Shown in pieces: positions 1-12,280 of a DNA stretch of 64,000 nucleotides (position 1 is its first letter; every line of letters starts with the position of its first letter). Where the stretch lies: contig CM059432.1 of the NCBI GenBank assembly GCA_030390025.1, forward strand, positions 34,102,001 to 34,166,000. The letters are read 5' to 3'. This DNA comes from Squalus acanthias (Eukaryota). Position numbers and translations under genes: made by a program. The notes beneath the pieces are model-generated. The model was not told the DNA's origin. It made no database searches and was given only the letters and a program-made list of their open reading frames with translations.

Positions 1-129
1 AAGAACAGGAAAAGGCCTTTAGATCCAACAAGCCTATCCCTCTGAACTCAAGACCACCTAGCCGCCTTCTCATCTGAGCGCTCAGTCCCTTCTCTCTCCA
101 GAAGTAGATTTAAATGGAGGCAACAGAGT

Positions 130-500
130 CCTCCTGATGGCCTCACGGGTAAATGCACAGCCTGGGCTGATGTTGAGCCACACAGAAGGTCTTGCCTGGG
201 TTGACAATTGGGTGCAGTTCATTAGTGCCAGCTTCCCTTGGACTACAACAAGGAAAAGAAGTCGGGATTTTCACTTCTAATCACTAACTAGTGAGCCCTG
301 CTGGAGAGGAGTATGTTTGTGGACAGGATTGGGCTCAGCTCTAATCTCCACGCCCCCACATTTGAATGCCCTGCCAACACTAACTAGGCCACAGGATGAA
401 GCTCGGCCACTTGGCTGAGGTATCAAAGGGAATGTGAATTGCATGCCTGCCACAGCCATCGCAAGAGGAGGTGAGAAAGTGGAGCAAACTGGCGAAAAAA
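130..500 (+). mobile_element. AmnSINE2-like ancient SINE; other degraded copies at approx. 870-1110, 1390-1640, 6770-6900, 8000-8250, 10490-10625, 26820-27040(-), 37200-37450(-), 37640-37830(-), 40060-40230, 44560-44920
   Basis: Recurring motifs cagaccaggaaggt..tgtgctgagttagctgatctca..caattggcctcag..aatcagccaggg..cctgatc..gtgacccctgctgga..gacaggatcggg. The family name is from recalled consensus. Confidence 0.55.
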
Positions 501-1729
501 TAAATTCGATTTACTATTTATATTAAGCACCCTTTAGTTCAAGATCACCATTCTTTGACACAGTCACACCTGTAACTACACACCTCTAGGTGGAGTGTCA
601 TATCCCCATACCTACAGCATCACTAATGCAATCTGCGGGAGATTCTCTCTACCCCGACTTAGTGAGCAATGCCATAGGAGATGTACTAGTAAAGAGAAAA
701 CACAGCCACTCCCCTGCTCCTTCTGGCAGCTGGGTACCTCGTGGTATTGGCCGAGGCCTACCAGCGGGTTTTCTGCCCACACTTGCTGCCAGCAAAGGTG
801 CACGGTGTAAGGAGATGATGGCATGGTAAGGGACATCTTTCAAACTGCCTTATCCATACAGACCAGAGATGGCCCCTGGCAGGTGTTGACTGAGCTAGTC
901 TCAGTATGGGCAGAGGTGGGGCCTAGCAGTGGGCTCCAGCCGTTCCCACTCCTGATCTCTATCTAGTGACCCCCCCCACCCCCAGGTGGCGCAAGTGTGT
1001 GGGCGTCTGGTGAGGACCGGATCGGAATTGACTGTGATGCCTTTGCTCCCCAGGGTTTGGGATACCCGACTCCCATGGAACTGAATCAGTACGTTCAAGG
1101 AAGGAAAGGAGAAATAAGTTTTTGCTTGTGTAGGTGACAGCTGACATTATATAAACTCTCTTGCTCCCCCTACTGGTTTTGGGTCAATAGGTCAAAAAGC
1201 AACAATGGTTGTGTCACTAAATGTCTTCCTCCAGCTTCACCTTGTGTAGTTTACTATTTTTAATAAGTATGTACTAGTCTGTCTAAGGCTGTGCTTCTTA
1301 TGGTTTTCCTGCGCATTTTTGTCACGCCCTTTGCTCAGTATTCAATGTTAAAACATTTCTTATGAACAGTTTTTTAAAAATACAGACTGCCCAGTGGCTC
1401 ATTCGGTGAATGATCTACATTTTGTGGTACGGAGCTATACAGACCAGGAAGGTTAGATTGCTGTGCTACCTGATCTCAGACAGGCACACCGGTTGGAATG
1501 CTACAATTTTCCTCAGTGTCACTGAGCTGCAGAAGTACATAGTTAGCCTGGGACCTCGTAGGCAAGGTATCACGGGGCTGACAGTGCCCGTTCAACCCGC
1601 ACCCCAGCAACAGTCATCACCTTCACAATACTAGAAAATAAATCAAATGAGAAAAAAGCATCATGGAAAAAGAGTGAAGAGAAACCTGATTCTATTTTTA
1701 GTGTCAAGCAGTTTACCAACCCCAATATG

Positions 1730-2230
1730 GCTAAGATATAGAGTAAAGTTCCCTCTACACCATCCCATCGAATACTCCCAGGGCAGGTACAGCACAGATT
1801 AGATACAGAGTAAAGCTCCCTCTACACTGTCCCATCAAACACTCCCAGGGCAGGTACCACACAGTTACATACAGAATAACACTCCCTCTACAGTGTCCCA
1901 TCAAACACTCCCAGGGCAGGTACCGCACAGTTACATACAGAATAACACTCCCTCTACACTGTCCCATCAAACATTCCCTGGGCAGGTACAGCCTAGGTTA
2001 GGTACAGAATGAAACTCCCGTTACACTGTCCCATTAAACACTGCCAGGTCAAATACAACATGGGTTAGATACAAAGTAAAGTTTCTACACTGTCCCATCA
2101 AAGTCCCAGATCAGTTACCGCACGGGTTAGATACAGAATGTCTCCCTCTACAATGTCCCTTCAAATACTCCCAGGTCAGGTACAGCATGGGTTAGATACC
2201 GTAAAGCTCCCTCCACACTGTCCATTAAGT
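1730..2230. repeat. Minisatellite, 66-67 bp unit, about 7 copies
   Basis: Unit ccctctacactgtcccatcaaacactcccagggcaggtacagcacgggttagatacagagtaaagct starts at 1751, 1818, 1884 and onward. Confidence 0.95.
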
Positions 2231-2680
2231 ACACCTTGCAGACAGTAGGAATAGCAAATGATTCTTACTGTCCCCAGCTGCAACTCTTACCCCTGCGAGT
2301 ATAAAGTTCCCTTGTGATCCCCTCATTTGCAATACTGCTGCTATTTATATGACAGCCTCATCTTGAGATAAACACGTTACGATTGCTCGGACACCAAGAC
2401 ATATAAATGGCTGTAATTTATTATGTGAAACCAAATGTAAATCTGAAGAGAAAGATCTGAGAATTGTATGTTGAGCTGATTCAAGTGCACTACGTAACAG
2501 TCAGGAACAAACTCCAGCTTCCATACTGAGCCATTAGGAAAAGGAATCCTTTGAGATGTCTTCTTCTAGCTGAGGTCAATGTCATCAATCAGAAGAGGGA
2601 AAAAGGTGGTATATTCCTATCCCTCGTCAAGGAGTGTTATGATTATTTGCAACCCATCCACGCCTGCCCCCACTAACCCA

Positions 2681-3089
2681 CCTTCCCTCGAGACTGCCCC
2701 TTGACATGGTGGGAAGGCTTGCGTGCTCCCATGACTGTGGGAGCCATGCTGGTGGGAGTATAGCTCCTGGTAGGACCACCCAAGCCAGACAGGTCGAAAG
2801 TTAGGAGCCAGACTAAAGGCAGTCCACGGCCCTCCTGGTAGGGGCTTGAGAGTCAGGCTAATGACCGAGCTACGTAAAAATGCCTTTCTTTACAGAAACA
2901 ACCCAGAGATAGGACAAGTCTGTTACAGACTGGCAAATATAAACATCGACTATAGAGAATCACAATCTGCTGAATGTAAGGCAAGGTGATACTCCAAGGG
3001 AGTCAAATATCTTGCTTTGGACAGACTGCAGTGGAAGAAGTGGATTTCCTCATGTGCCACTAGGCACAGTGGACAAACTATCTAACTAT
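2681..3089 (+). mobile_element. Short non-autonomous RTE-derived bipartite retroelement (RTE 5'UTR fused to RTE 3' end)
   Basis: 5' part resembles recalled BovB/Expander 5'UTR (ggcttgcgtg..atga..gagccatgc..ccacccaag..acaggtc..cagactaaa). 3' part ..tcatgtgccactaggcac.. has an aactatct-repeat tail. TSD ccactaacYca at 2670-2680 and 3090-3100. Confidence 0.6.
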
Positions 3090-3800
3090 CCACTAACTCA
3101 GCACAACTGAGATTAAACCCAAAGCCTTCTTACGCTTTATCACACAACTCCCCACACCTGGCACCTCTACCTGGTGAGCCAGAGTCCTTTCACATCAAAG
3201 AAGAAGAGAAATCAGCAGTAAGAAAAGTCTACAAGAGCCTAATGAAGCCTCTGGTGCACCAACTCTTTCATTATTGCATCCAGCCTCCCTCTGAAGGTCC
3301 CTAATGGTATTGTCTACATGGTCCTGCCTGCCAGATTATTCTAAACATCTATTGCTGTTTGAGCAAAGCAGCTGTTAAATATAGTAGAGTAGTGAATATG
3401 GTCCTGGACTGACAACCGTGAGTTCAAGTCCCACCACGGTCGGTTGTAAAACTGAATTCAGTATCATTGCTTACATGTCAAGAAAGCCCATCACCACCTT
3501 CGAGGCCAACTAGGGATGGCAATAAATGTGGCCTTGCCACACATCCCAAGAATAAATAAAAACCTGCTTTACTTTTCACGTTCCTACTATCCTGGCTCAC
3601 TCTGAAGTAATATTCTGGGTTTATCTACTCTATATACCTCAGTGCTGTCTTCTTTTGCAACATCCTTCATTGTAGTCTGTAGAGCTTCAAGTTTCTTCAA
3701 TCTTCCCTCATAGCCCATCCTCTGCAATCAATCTTCTCTAGATCCATTCCAATACCTAGACCTCTCTTTTTTTTTTGCAGAACAGAACACAGTATTCCAG

Positions 3801-3981
3801 AGGGGAAAATTTTTCAATTTGGTGCTCCCAGAAAGGGGCCTCAGTCACTGGGAGTGAATATTGGAAATCCGTGCGTGTGCTGTGTCAGAAAATTATACAC
3901 AGTGCACACCTGAATTTCCGATATGAGCTCCCAATGAGTGAGGCTCCTTAATGGGAGGGCAAAGTCAGTAATATTACCCCT
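3801..3981. mobile_element. Hairpin MITE (about 180 bp) inserted in a CR1 fragment; a similar hairpin MITE lies at 35285-35468
   Basis: Termini aggggaaaat / attacccct with long imperfect internal inverted repeat. Splits the CR1 sequence cagtattccag|gtgtggtct. The second element has gggttgaaat / atttcaaccc ends. Confidence 0.6.
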
Positions 3982-4599
3982 AGGTGTGGTCTTCAGTACG
4001 CCAAGTGCCGCAGAAAGTCAGGAAAACTTCCAAATTATAGGATAAATTTACCGGTGCGAAGGGGAATGAAGAATGGAAAATCAAGGAAGGACATCAGCTC
4101 GTTTGGTTTGTGCCACTTCCTATTAACCTTACTGGAAAATTGAGACTCCCCCACCCCCCACACACACACGATTCGTAGAGGGGGTCACTGACCTCCGTGC
4201 TGGACTCTCCCAATCTACACTTCCTCTCAAGGGGGGCTGCTCACCAGGCTTGTAGTTGTTGGTGAATCTACCGTTGTATGTCAACATTGAGGTTTGGCAC
4301 CACTGGCTAAGCTTCCAGTACAGGCAAGTGGGCTGAATACACACAGATGCCAATCTTGTTGACTGAGGTCAGTAGAGTTGGAAGATCCTGCATGTGGCCA
4401 GACTGCAGTGCATTCTGGGTTAATCGCTTTCTGTCAGGCTCCAGCTCAACTCCTGCGGAGTTTCACCACATGGGAGGCAAGGGATGTTCAGTTGCATCGC
4501 GTAGGTTAAAGAGATGAGGGGGACAATTTTCACAGCACATGCTGGTGGAGACCCATTGGCAGTGCATGCTCAAAATTAATCCTATGTGGTAACTATGAT

Positions 4600-4920
4600 A
4601 TGGTAGCTTAGTGGTTCTGGTATTGGACTAGCAGTTCAGAGGTTGTGGGTTCAACCCCCAGCATAGCAAGTTGGGAAATTCAATTCAATAAATTTGGGGC
4701 TTATGGGCTGGCACCAGATAAAATAAACCATGCTAGATTTCCTTAAAAATTCACTGGTTCACTAATATCCTTCAGGGAAGTGGATGTGCCACCACTCTCT
4801 GGTCTGGCCTACGTGTGACTCCAGTCCTATGGTTGACTCTTAATAACCTCAGAGCAACTCGGGATGGGCAATAAATGTGGCCTTGCCAGCATCGCCCACA
4901 TCATGAGCAAATTTTTAAAA
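4600..4920 (+). mobile_element. tRNA-headed SINE family 2; other copies at approx. 3380-3560, 30435-30815, 38430-38530, and a minus copy 50870-57100 split by a Harbinger element
   Basis: Shared head (tggactag...ggttcaa), body ggtctggcctacgtgtgactccag, and tail gggcaataaatgtggccttgccagcatcgcccacatc. Confidence 0.7.
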
Positions 4921-7599
4921 AGAATTAGCAAATGAAGACTCCCAGTACAATCAGAATCTACAGGTAACAAACCAAAATAGATGTATATCCAATGTGTAGC
5001 TCAATGCTAGTGGGATTGATCTAGATTTTTAAATACTCCATCTTGCGTACTCGCAATCCTCCCTATAGACTCCACATACAGTCTCCTATGCAACCAATTC
5101 TTTACCAGGGCCTCAAAATGGTGGGGGTGAAATAAGTCTTGAGGGGGGGTAGCCCAAAACAGGCAATAAAATGAAAATTGGGTGGGCTGCTGATTCACCA
5201 ATTAAACCGAGGCCCAGTCTGTCCTCTCAGGTGGACGTAAAAGATCCCACTGCACTATTTGAAGAAGAACAGGGGCATTCTCCCTGGTGTTCTGGCCAAT
5301 ATTTATCCCTCAAACAACATCACTAAAAAAAAAAAGATTATCTAGTCATTTATCTCATTGCGATTTTCTGTGTGCAAATTGGCTGCCGCGTTTCCGACAT
5401 TACAACAAGTGTCTGCACTTCAAAAGTACTTCATTGGCTGTAAAGGATGTCCTGAGGTTAATAAAAGCAAGTCTTTCTTTCTAATCATAAGGTTGGGAGT
5501 TCAAGCCTCACTCCAGGATTTGAGCTGACATTCCAGAGGAGTGCTGCATTGTCGGCTACACTTTCCCTTTCCCTTTCCGATGGTTGTTAAAAATTCCAGG
5601 ACACCACATGAAGGAAAGAAAAAAAGGTTTCAGTGTCCTGATCAATATTCCTCTCAGTCAACACAACACACAAAAAAATTAACGAATCAATCATCTCAAT
5701 ACTGTTTGGGAGGGGGGGGGGGGGTGTGCGGGGTTGTGCAGTGTGGTAAATGGCTGCCGTATTTGACTACATTACAACAGTTGGCTGCATCTCAGAGTAA
5801 TTCATTGTGAAGTGTTTCGAGAAATTTCTGAGTGACTTGAAATGGCACTATATAAATGCAACGTCTTTTCTTTAAATTGCCTAGACAGTGCATTTGCCCA
5901 TTGAGCCACTGGGAGTTAGTGCCAAGAAAAATGGTCTCTTTAAGTCACTGAAAAAAAGTCAAGACATTATTCTCTCTCCCCCACCCCAATCTTCTTCCAC
6001 ATGCATCCAATTTGCAGTAACTGAAGCTACCAGCCAAAAGCAGCAAGGCCTGGGTTTGAGAATCAAGTCAAACACATTGGAATGATCTGCACTGTGCTGA
6101 TAGAACTAACATCAGACCCAGGCAGGCCAGGCTCACAGCCAGAAACTTATTGGCTCGGGTTCCCAGTAGAGCACAGGGTCGAGCCAACAGCACGCTAACA
6201 GGTGATTGCCGAGCCCCAGCACTGCGCACAGTGCAGCTATCTATCCAAGTACTGTTTTGAAAAATACCATATTAAAACCATCCCCCCGCCCCCTACAAGT
6301 CCCCACTAGAACAGACGCTTCACAGTCATTGAATGCAGGTGTTAAATGTGTCATTTCCCACCCAGGCCCAACTGCAGGGGTGTTCTGCTCTCAGAAACCA
6401 CCCAAAACACTTCACATACCGTTGTTTTATTTTTGGAGGCAAACAGGGTGATCATATTGCACACGGCAAGATCCCACAAACAGCAATGAGTTAAATAGCT
6501 AGTTTATCTGTTTTTGGTGGTGTTGGTTGAGGTAGGCATGTTGGCCTGGGACATCAGGAAAACTCCCTGCTCTTCTCGAACATCCACCTGAATTGGCAGA
6601 TGGGACCTCAGCTTAACCTCTCATCTGAGAAATGGCACCTCCGACAGTGCAGCACTCCTTCAGTACTGCACTGAAGAGTTGGTCTAGATTATGTGTTCAA
6701 CACCTGGATTGGGCCTTGAACTCAAGTTTTCTGACCCAAGGAGAGAGGGTACTACCAACTAAGCCTCGGGATTGGCATCACTGCACCTCAGCTAGGTATG
6801 TGAAAATCACCCTGGATTCCTGCTCCTGATCACTTTCTAGTAGGGGCTGTTGGATAGTAAATGCGTGTGGAATTGGGTGGGGACAGGCTAGGGCATTTGT
6901 CAGCTTGGCTTAATTGGTATTGTGTACCTGTAGGGCAGCCAACCGCTTCAGAAAGATAATGGAAGAGACCTAGGAATATGATTCATGACATTACCACAAG
7001 CCAAGCTGGACAGACACTTTTGCTCATCCATAATTATCTACTGATCAGGAATAAAAGTGGGACAAAAAAAATGGAGTCCACCTGACAGATAGAACGCACT
7101 TATTTGTTTTGTGGAAAAGGTCACTTTCTTTTTTTATGACGACAGATGTTCAAAATTCTCTCCCTCGCGATCATTGCTAGGCTGACAGGTCGCTCGCTTC
7201 AGTATGACGTTCTGTTTATCAAAGACACACGTTCCCAACAAAACAATGGCAAGCTGCAGTTTGATGGCATGGGGCAACAGAGAAAGGAGTGTGGGAGATG
7301 TGTACCCAAGTGGGCACACTCGTCACAAGGAGATGACTGAGGAGCGAAGGAACCTGCCGAGTGAGCGCCAGGTGCTCTCCAATGGGGAGGGGGAAGAAAA
7401 GGAGACTTGCAAACGCCCCACCTCTCCTTCCTCGATGGGTCGGCCTTACACACTTCTGCGAACTGGGCCGAATGTGCCATTCCTCGGGAAGAGCAGGTAA
7501 GCGATTATCTCCCTGTATTCTCAGATCAACAAGCTAAGAAGCGGAAAGCAAAACAAAAAAGAAACATTTTGAAATCGTCTTAATGCCTCACAGTTAAAT

Positions 7600-7987
7600 T
7601 TTCCATCTCTGTTCAAATGCCTATATGGCCTCTCCCCTCCCTACCTCTGTAACCTCCTCCAGTCCTACAACTCTGAGAACTTTCCATTCCTCCAAGACTG
7701 GCCTCTCGTGCATCCCCCACTTCCTTCGCCCCACCATTGGCAGCCGTGCTTTCAGCTGTCTAGGCATTAAGCTATGGAATTTCCTCCCTAAACCTCTCCG
7801 CCTCTCCACCTCTCTCTCCTCCTTTAAGGCATTCCATAAACCGTACCTCTTTAGCCAAGCTTTAGGTTACCTGTCCTATTATCTCCTTATGTGGCTTGGT
7901 GTCAAATTTTGTCTGACTACGCGCCTGTGAAGCACCTTGGGATTTCTTACTACAGTAAAGGCGCTATATAAATGCAAGTTGTTGTTG
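7600..7987 (+). mobile_element. L2-clade LINE 3' fragment; other fragments at 17680-18470(+), 38853-39150(-), 46570-46885(+)
   Basis: ORF remnants RTFHSS..GSRAFS..KLWNFLP and LHWL..RLDFKIL. The tail aaggcgctatataaatgcaag(ttg)n is shared with the SINEs. Confidence 0.8.
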
Positions 7988-9102
7988 TCCCCCAATTAAC
8001 GTGCCCTACAATTGGCCTCAGCACCGCTGAGTTAAGGAGATGAATCAGCCAGGGGTGGGGGGCGGAATTCCTGCTTCAGGTCGCTACCCTCCTGGAAAGT
8101 GCACGCACGTGTACGAGTGCGGATGTCTGGGCCAGCACGGGATCGGGCATGGCTGGCAATGTCGTTAGTCTGTCGCTACTCACCGCCATGGTTCACACAC
8201 GTAGAATGGCCACTCGGATGAGGTACCGTGGGAGCAGCAGCACTGGTGGGCCTGTACCCCAACATGAGTTAACAAGGGGCCCGGGGGGGGGGGGGAGGGG
8301 GGGGGGAGGAAAAGAGAGCTACAAAAAAAATTCATCAACCCAACACCCCATGGCACAGCATCAGTGCGCCAACACATCACGTCATGTCACTCTAAAACAG
8401 GTCAGTTCAAACCAATTTCCTCCCCAATTACTCACTGGCCCCACCCCAAACTTTGGTACATGCTCCCTGCAAGCGACTGTATCTCACGAGCCTTCACGGT
8501 GAATGCAGTTTATTCCAGCTGCCCCCCCACCACCTCATCTTGGCAGCAGTCGTTTGGAAACACTGTCCTTCTCCCTTACCCAGCTTTGTTTTTAAAAAAA
8601 CAAACAACGGACCGGGTAACAATGGCAATGTCACTGAAGTTGGCATCCACACTCTAGTCCCAGGGAATGTTAGGCTGAGGAGGGGCAGGTAAGAGGGGGC
8701 TTGGCGTGGGTACAAGCTTCAGATTACTGCCGGCTCCCCTGCTGCACTACTACAGTTACAACCTTCCTTTCTCACAATTTCCTGTGGTGTATCCTCCTGT
8801 GGAACCCTAGGATAATATAGTACATGATTCCTGAGCCACTTCCCAAACAGATGTACAGGGAGTGGGGAAGGTTGGGGCGGGGGGTTTGGGGGGGCGGTGG
8901 AAAGAGAGTGGTGAGAGGCAGCACCGAATATATGTCAGCTCCTCAAAGATCTGTAATCAGTCACGGAGGGATATGAAGCAATACTTCAAATATCCTGCAG
9001 GAAATGATTTTTGTATTCTGTTGTAGGCGGGGAGTGTTGACCTGAATCTTCACACAGAATCAACGTTGCTGCAGCTGGCAACCAAAGCCACCACCCGAAA
9101 TA

Positions 9103-9800
9103 GTGTGCGCGCGCGCATCTGCGTGTGTCTCTGTGCGTGCCGCTATGTGTGTGTAAGGGTGTCTGCGTGTGTCTCTGTGCGTGCCGCTATGTGTGTGTAA
9201 GGGTGTCTGCGTGTGTCTCTGTGCGTGCCGCTATGTGTGTGTAAGGGTGTCTGCGTGTGTCTCTGTGCGTGCCGCTATGTGTGTGTAAGGGTGTCTGCGT
9301 GTGTCTCTGTGCTTGTCGCAGTGTGTAAGGGTGTCTATGTGTGTCTGCATGTGTCGCTCTGTATGTGTGACTGTGTCTATGTATGTGACTGTGTCTATGT
9401 GTGTGTCTCTCTGCATGCTGCTCTGTATCTGTCTCTCTGTGCATGTCACTGTGTGTGAGCATGTCTCTGTCTCTCTCTGCGTGTCACTTTGTGTGTGAGC
9501 ATGTCTGTGTGTGAGCATGTCTGTGTCTCTCTGCGCATCAGCATGTCTGTCTCTCTCTGCGTGCCGGTGTGTGTGTGTGAGCGTGTCTGTCTCTCTGCGT
9601 GCCGGTGTGTGAGCGTGTCTGTGTCTCTCTGCATGTCACTGTTAGCGTGTTTCTCTCTGCTAGCGTGTCGCTTTGTGTGAGTGTGTCTGTGCGTGTCGCT
9701 TTGAGTGTGCGAGTGTGTCTATGTGTGTCTGTGCGTGTGAATGTGCCTATGTGTGTCCGTGCGTGTCGCTCTGTGGCGTGTGTCTGTTTGTCTCTCTCTG
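9103..9800. repeat. Complex (TG)n-derived repeat including about 4 copies of a ~44-bp unit
   Basis: ctgcgtgtgtctctgtgcgtgccgctatgtgtgtgtaagggtgt repeated in tandem, followed by degenerate TG/TC runs. Confidence 0.95.
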
Positions 9801-10621
9801 TGCGGGAACCTCCTTTATTTGTGTTAAAAAGGTTTCCTTGGGGAGAGAGCAGGAGTGCTCCTCCAGGCCACACAAGGAATCCTTGGGCCTTCCCTGCCAG
9901 GGATACCCACGATCGTGTGGCAGCGCACCCTCTCCCCCCTTTCACCTACCACGGATCCCCAGCAGTGGCCTCCCGCCATGCTCGCCACCTCCTGACGCTG
10001 GGTTTGGTAGGCAGTTGGGCCTGGCCTATTGAAAAATAGAGGCCTGGGAGTTAAAATGGCCCGAGACTCACGTCGGCAATTAAAGGCATTACCGCGCCTA
10101 AAACGATGGCCCGATTCGTCAAACAAAAATGATTTTTTTTTTATTAACACAAAGATAGCAGGAGATTCGAAGTTGTGTCAGAGACCCTGAGGGACGGGGC
10201 TTAGAGAAAAAAATAAAATCAGCTGCTCCTGACCCAATGAGACCTGTTGAAATGTGAGTGAGTTGAAATGTAGGGCAAAGATAAGAGCAGCACGAGTTGT
10301 GATGACCCCCGAGGTTGAATAGACCCATTGTCAAGGGTTCCATGTGAAGAATGGCCAGTTGGATAAGATGTACCTGAGCACTGTTTTTTGGAGCCACGCC
10401 CCGGCACAAGTTGCAATCTCAGATTGAGATAAAAACATGAAGAGAGTCTTAACAGCAAGACTTTGTTAAGTATCATTACACAACGAGCTTACTGAGAGAG
10501 GAAGGGCGAACTCAGCCATGCAGCTGTAAACCCACTGTCTGGTGTGGCAGTGAGCTTACAGGCAAGGAAGGTCTGTGCTGAGGTAGCTGATCTCACCTAG
10601 GGTGGAGGTGCAATTGGCCTT

Positions 10622-12280
10622 AGAATCAGAATTATAGAATGGTTACAGCACAGAAGGAGGCCATTTGGCATGTCCCAGCTCTCTGCAAGAGCACTTCAGC
10701 TAGTCCCACTCCCCTGCCCTTTCCCCGTAGCCCTGCAATTTTTTTCCCTCCAGGTACTTATCCAACTCCCTTTTGAAAGCTGTGATTGAGTCTGCTTCCA
10801 CCACCCTTTCAGGCAATACATTCCAGATCCTAACCACTAGCTGCATAAAAAAGTTTTTCTTACGTCGCCTTTGGTTCTTTTGCCAATCACCTTGAATCTG
10901 TGTCCTCTGGTTCTTGACCCTTCCGCCAATGGGAACAGTGTCTCTCTATTCTGTCTAGACCCCCTCATGATTTTGAACACCTCTATCAAATCTCCTCTCA
11001 ATCTTCCCTGCTCTCAGGAGAACAACCCCAGCTTCTCTGGTCTATCCACGTAACTGAAGTCCCTCATTCATGGAATCATTCTCGTAAATCTTTTCTGCAC
11101 CCTCTCCAAGGCCTTCACATCCTTCCTAAAGTGCGGTGCCCAGAAATGGACACAATACTCCAGTTGAGGCCGAACCAGTGTTTTATAAAGGTTCATCATA
11201 ACTTCCTTGCTTTTGTATTCTATGCCTCTATTTATGAAGCCCAGTATCCCGTATGCTTTTTTAACCACTTTCTCAACCTGCTCTGCCACCATCAACGATT
11301 TGTGCACCTATACCCCCAGGTCTCTGTCCGTGCACCCCCTTTAGGATTGTACCCTTTAGTTTATATTGCCTCTCCTCGTTCTTCCTACCAAAATGTATCA
11401 ATTCACACTTTTCTGCGTTAAATTTCATCTGCCATGTGTCCGCCCATTTCACCAGCCTCTCTATGTCCTCCTGAAGTCTATCACTATCCTCCTCACTGTT
11501 CACTATACTTCCAAATTTTGTGTCATCTGTAAATTTTGAAATTGTGCTCTGTACTCCCAAGTCCAAGTCGTTAATATATAATCAAGAAAAGCAGTGGTCC
11601 TAGTACCGACCCCTGGGGAACACCACTGTATACCTTCCTCCAGTCCGAAAAACAACCGTTCACCACTACTCTCTGTTTCCTGTCACTTAACCAATTTCAT
11701 ATCCATGCAGCCACTGTCCCTTTTATTCCATGGGCTTCAACTTTGTTGGCAAACCTATTATTATGTGCACTTTATCAAATGCCTTTTGGAAGTCCATATA
11801 CACCACATCAACCGCATTGCCCTCATCAACCCTCTCTGTTACCTCATCAAAAAACTCAATGAAGTTAGTTAAACATGATCTGCCTTTAACAAATCCATGC
11901 TGGCTTGCCTTAATTAATCCACACTTGTCCAAGTGACTGTTAACTTTGTCCTTTATTATTGTTTCTAAAAGCTTCCCCACTACCGAGGTTAAACTGACTT
12001 GCCTGTAATTGCTGGGTTTCCCCTTTCGCCCTTTTTTGGACAAGGGTGTAACATGTGCAATTCTCCAGTCCTCTGTCACCAGCCCCGTATCCCAGGAGGA
12101 TTGGAAGATTATGGCGAGCACCTCCGCGATTTCCTCCTTAACCTCCCTCAGCAGCCTAGGATGCATCCCATCCGGTCCTGGTGACTTATCAACTTTAAGT
12201 TCAGACAGCCTTTCTAGTATCTCCTCTTTATCAATTCTTATCTCATCCAGTAACTACACTACCTCCTCTTTCACTATGAC
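10622..12280 (-). mobile_element. CR1 LINE, 5'-truncated, disrupted RT
   Basis: ORFs 11723-12166 (NYRQVSLTSVVGKLLE..QHGF..DFQKAFDKV), 11273-11566 (FTDDTK) and 11068-11307 (YKTLVRPQLEYC). (ATTCT)-like tail at 10622-10640. Confidence 0.95.

Noticed and set aside
8184..8251. Exon-like segment on minus ending in G|gtgagt
   Set aside because: Lies within an AmnSINE2-like copy, lacks a polypyrimidine tract and has no Wnt similarity.
9187..10039. His/Thr- and Cys/Val-rich ORFs (also 47746-48320 and 17126-17713)
   Set aside because: Translations of dinucleotide-derived repeats.
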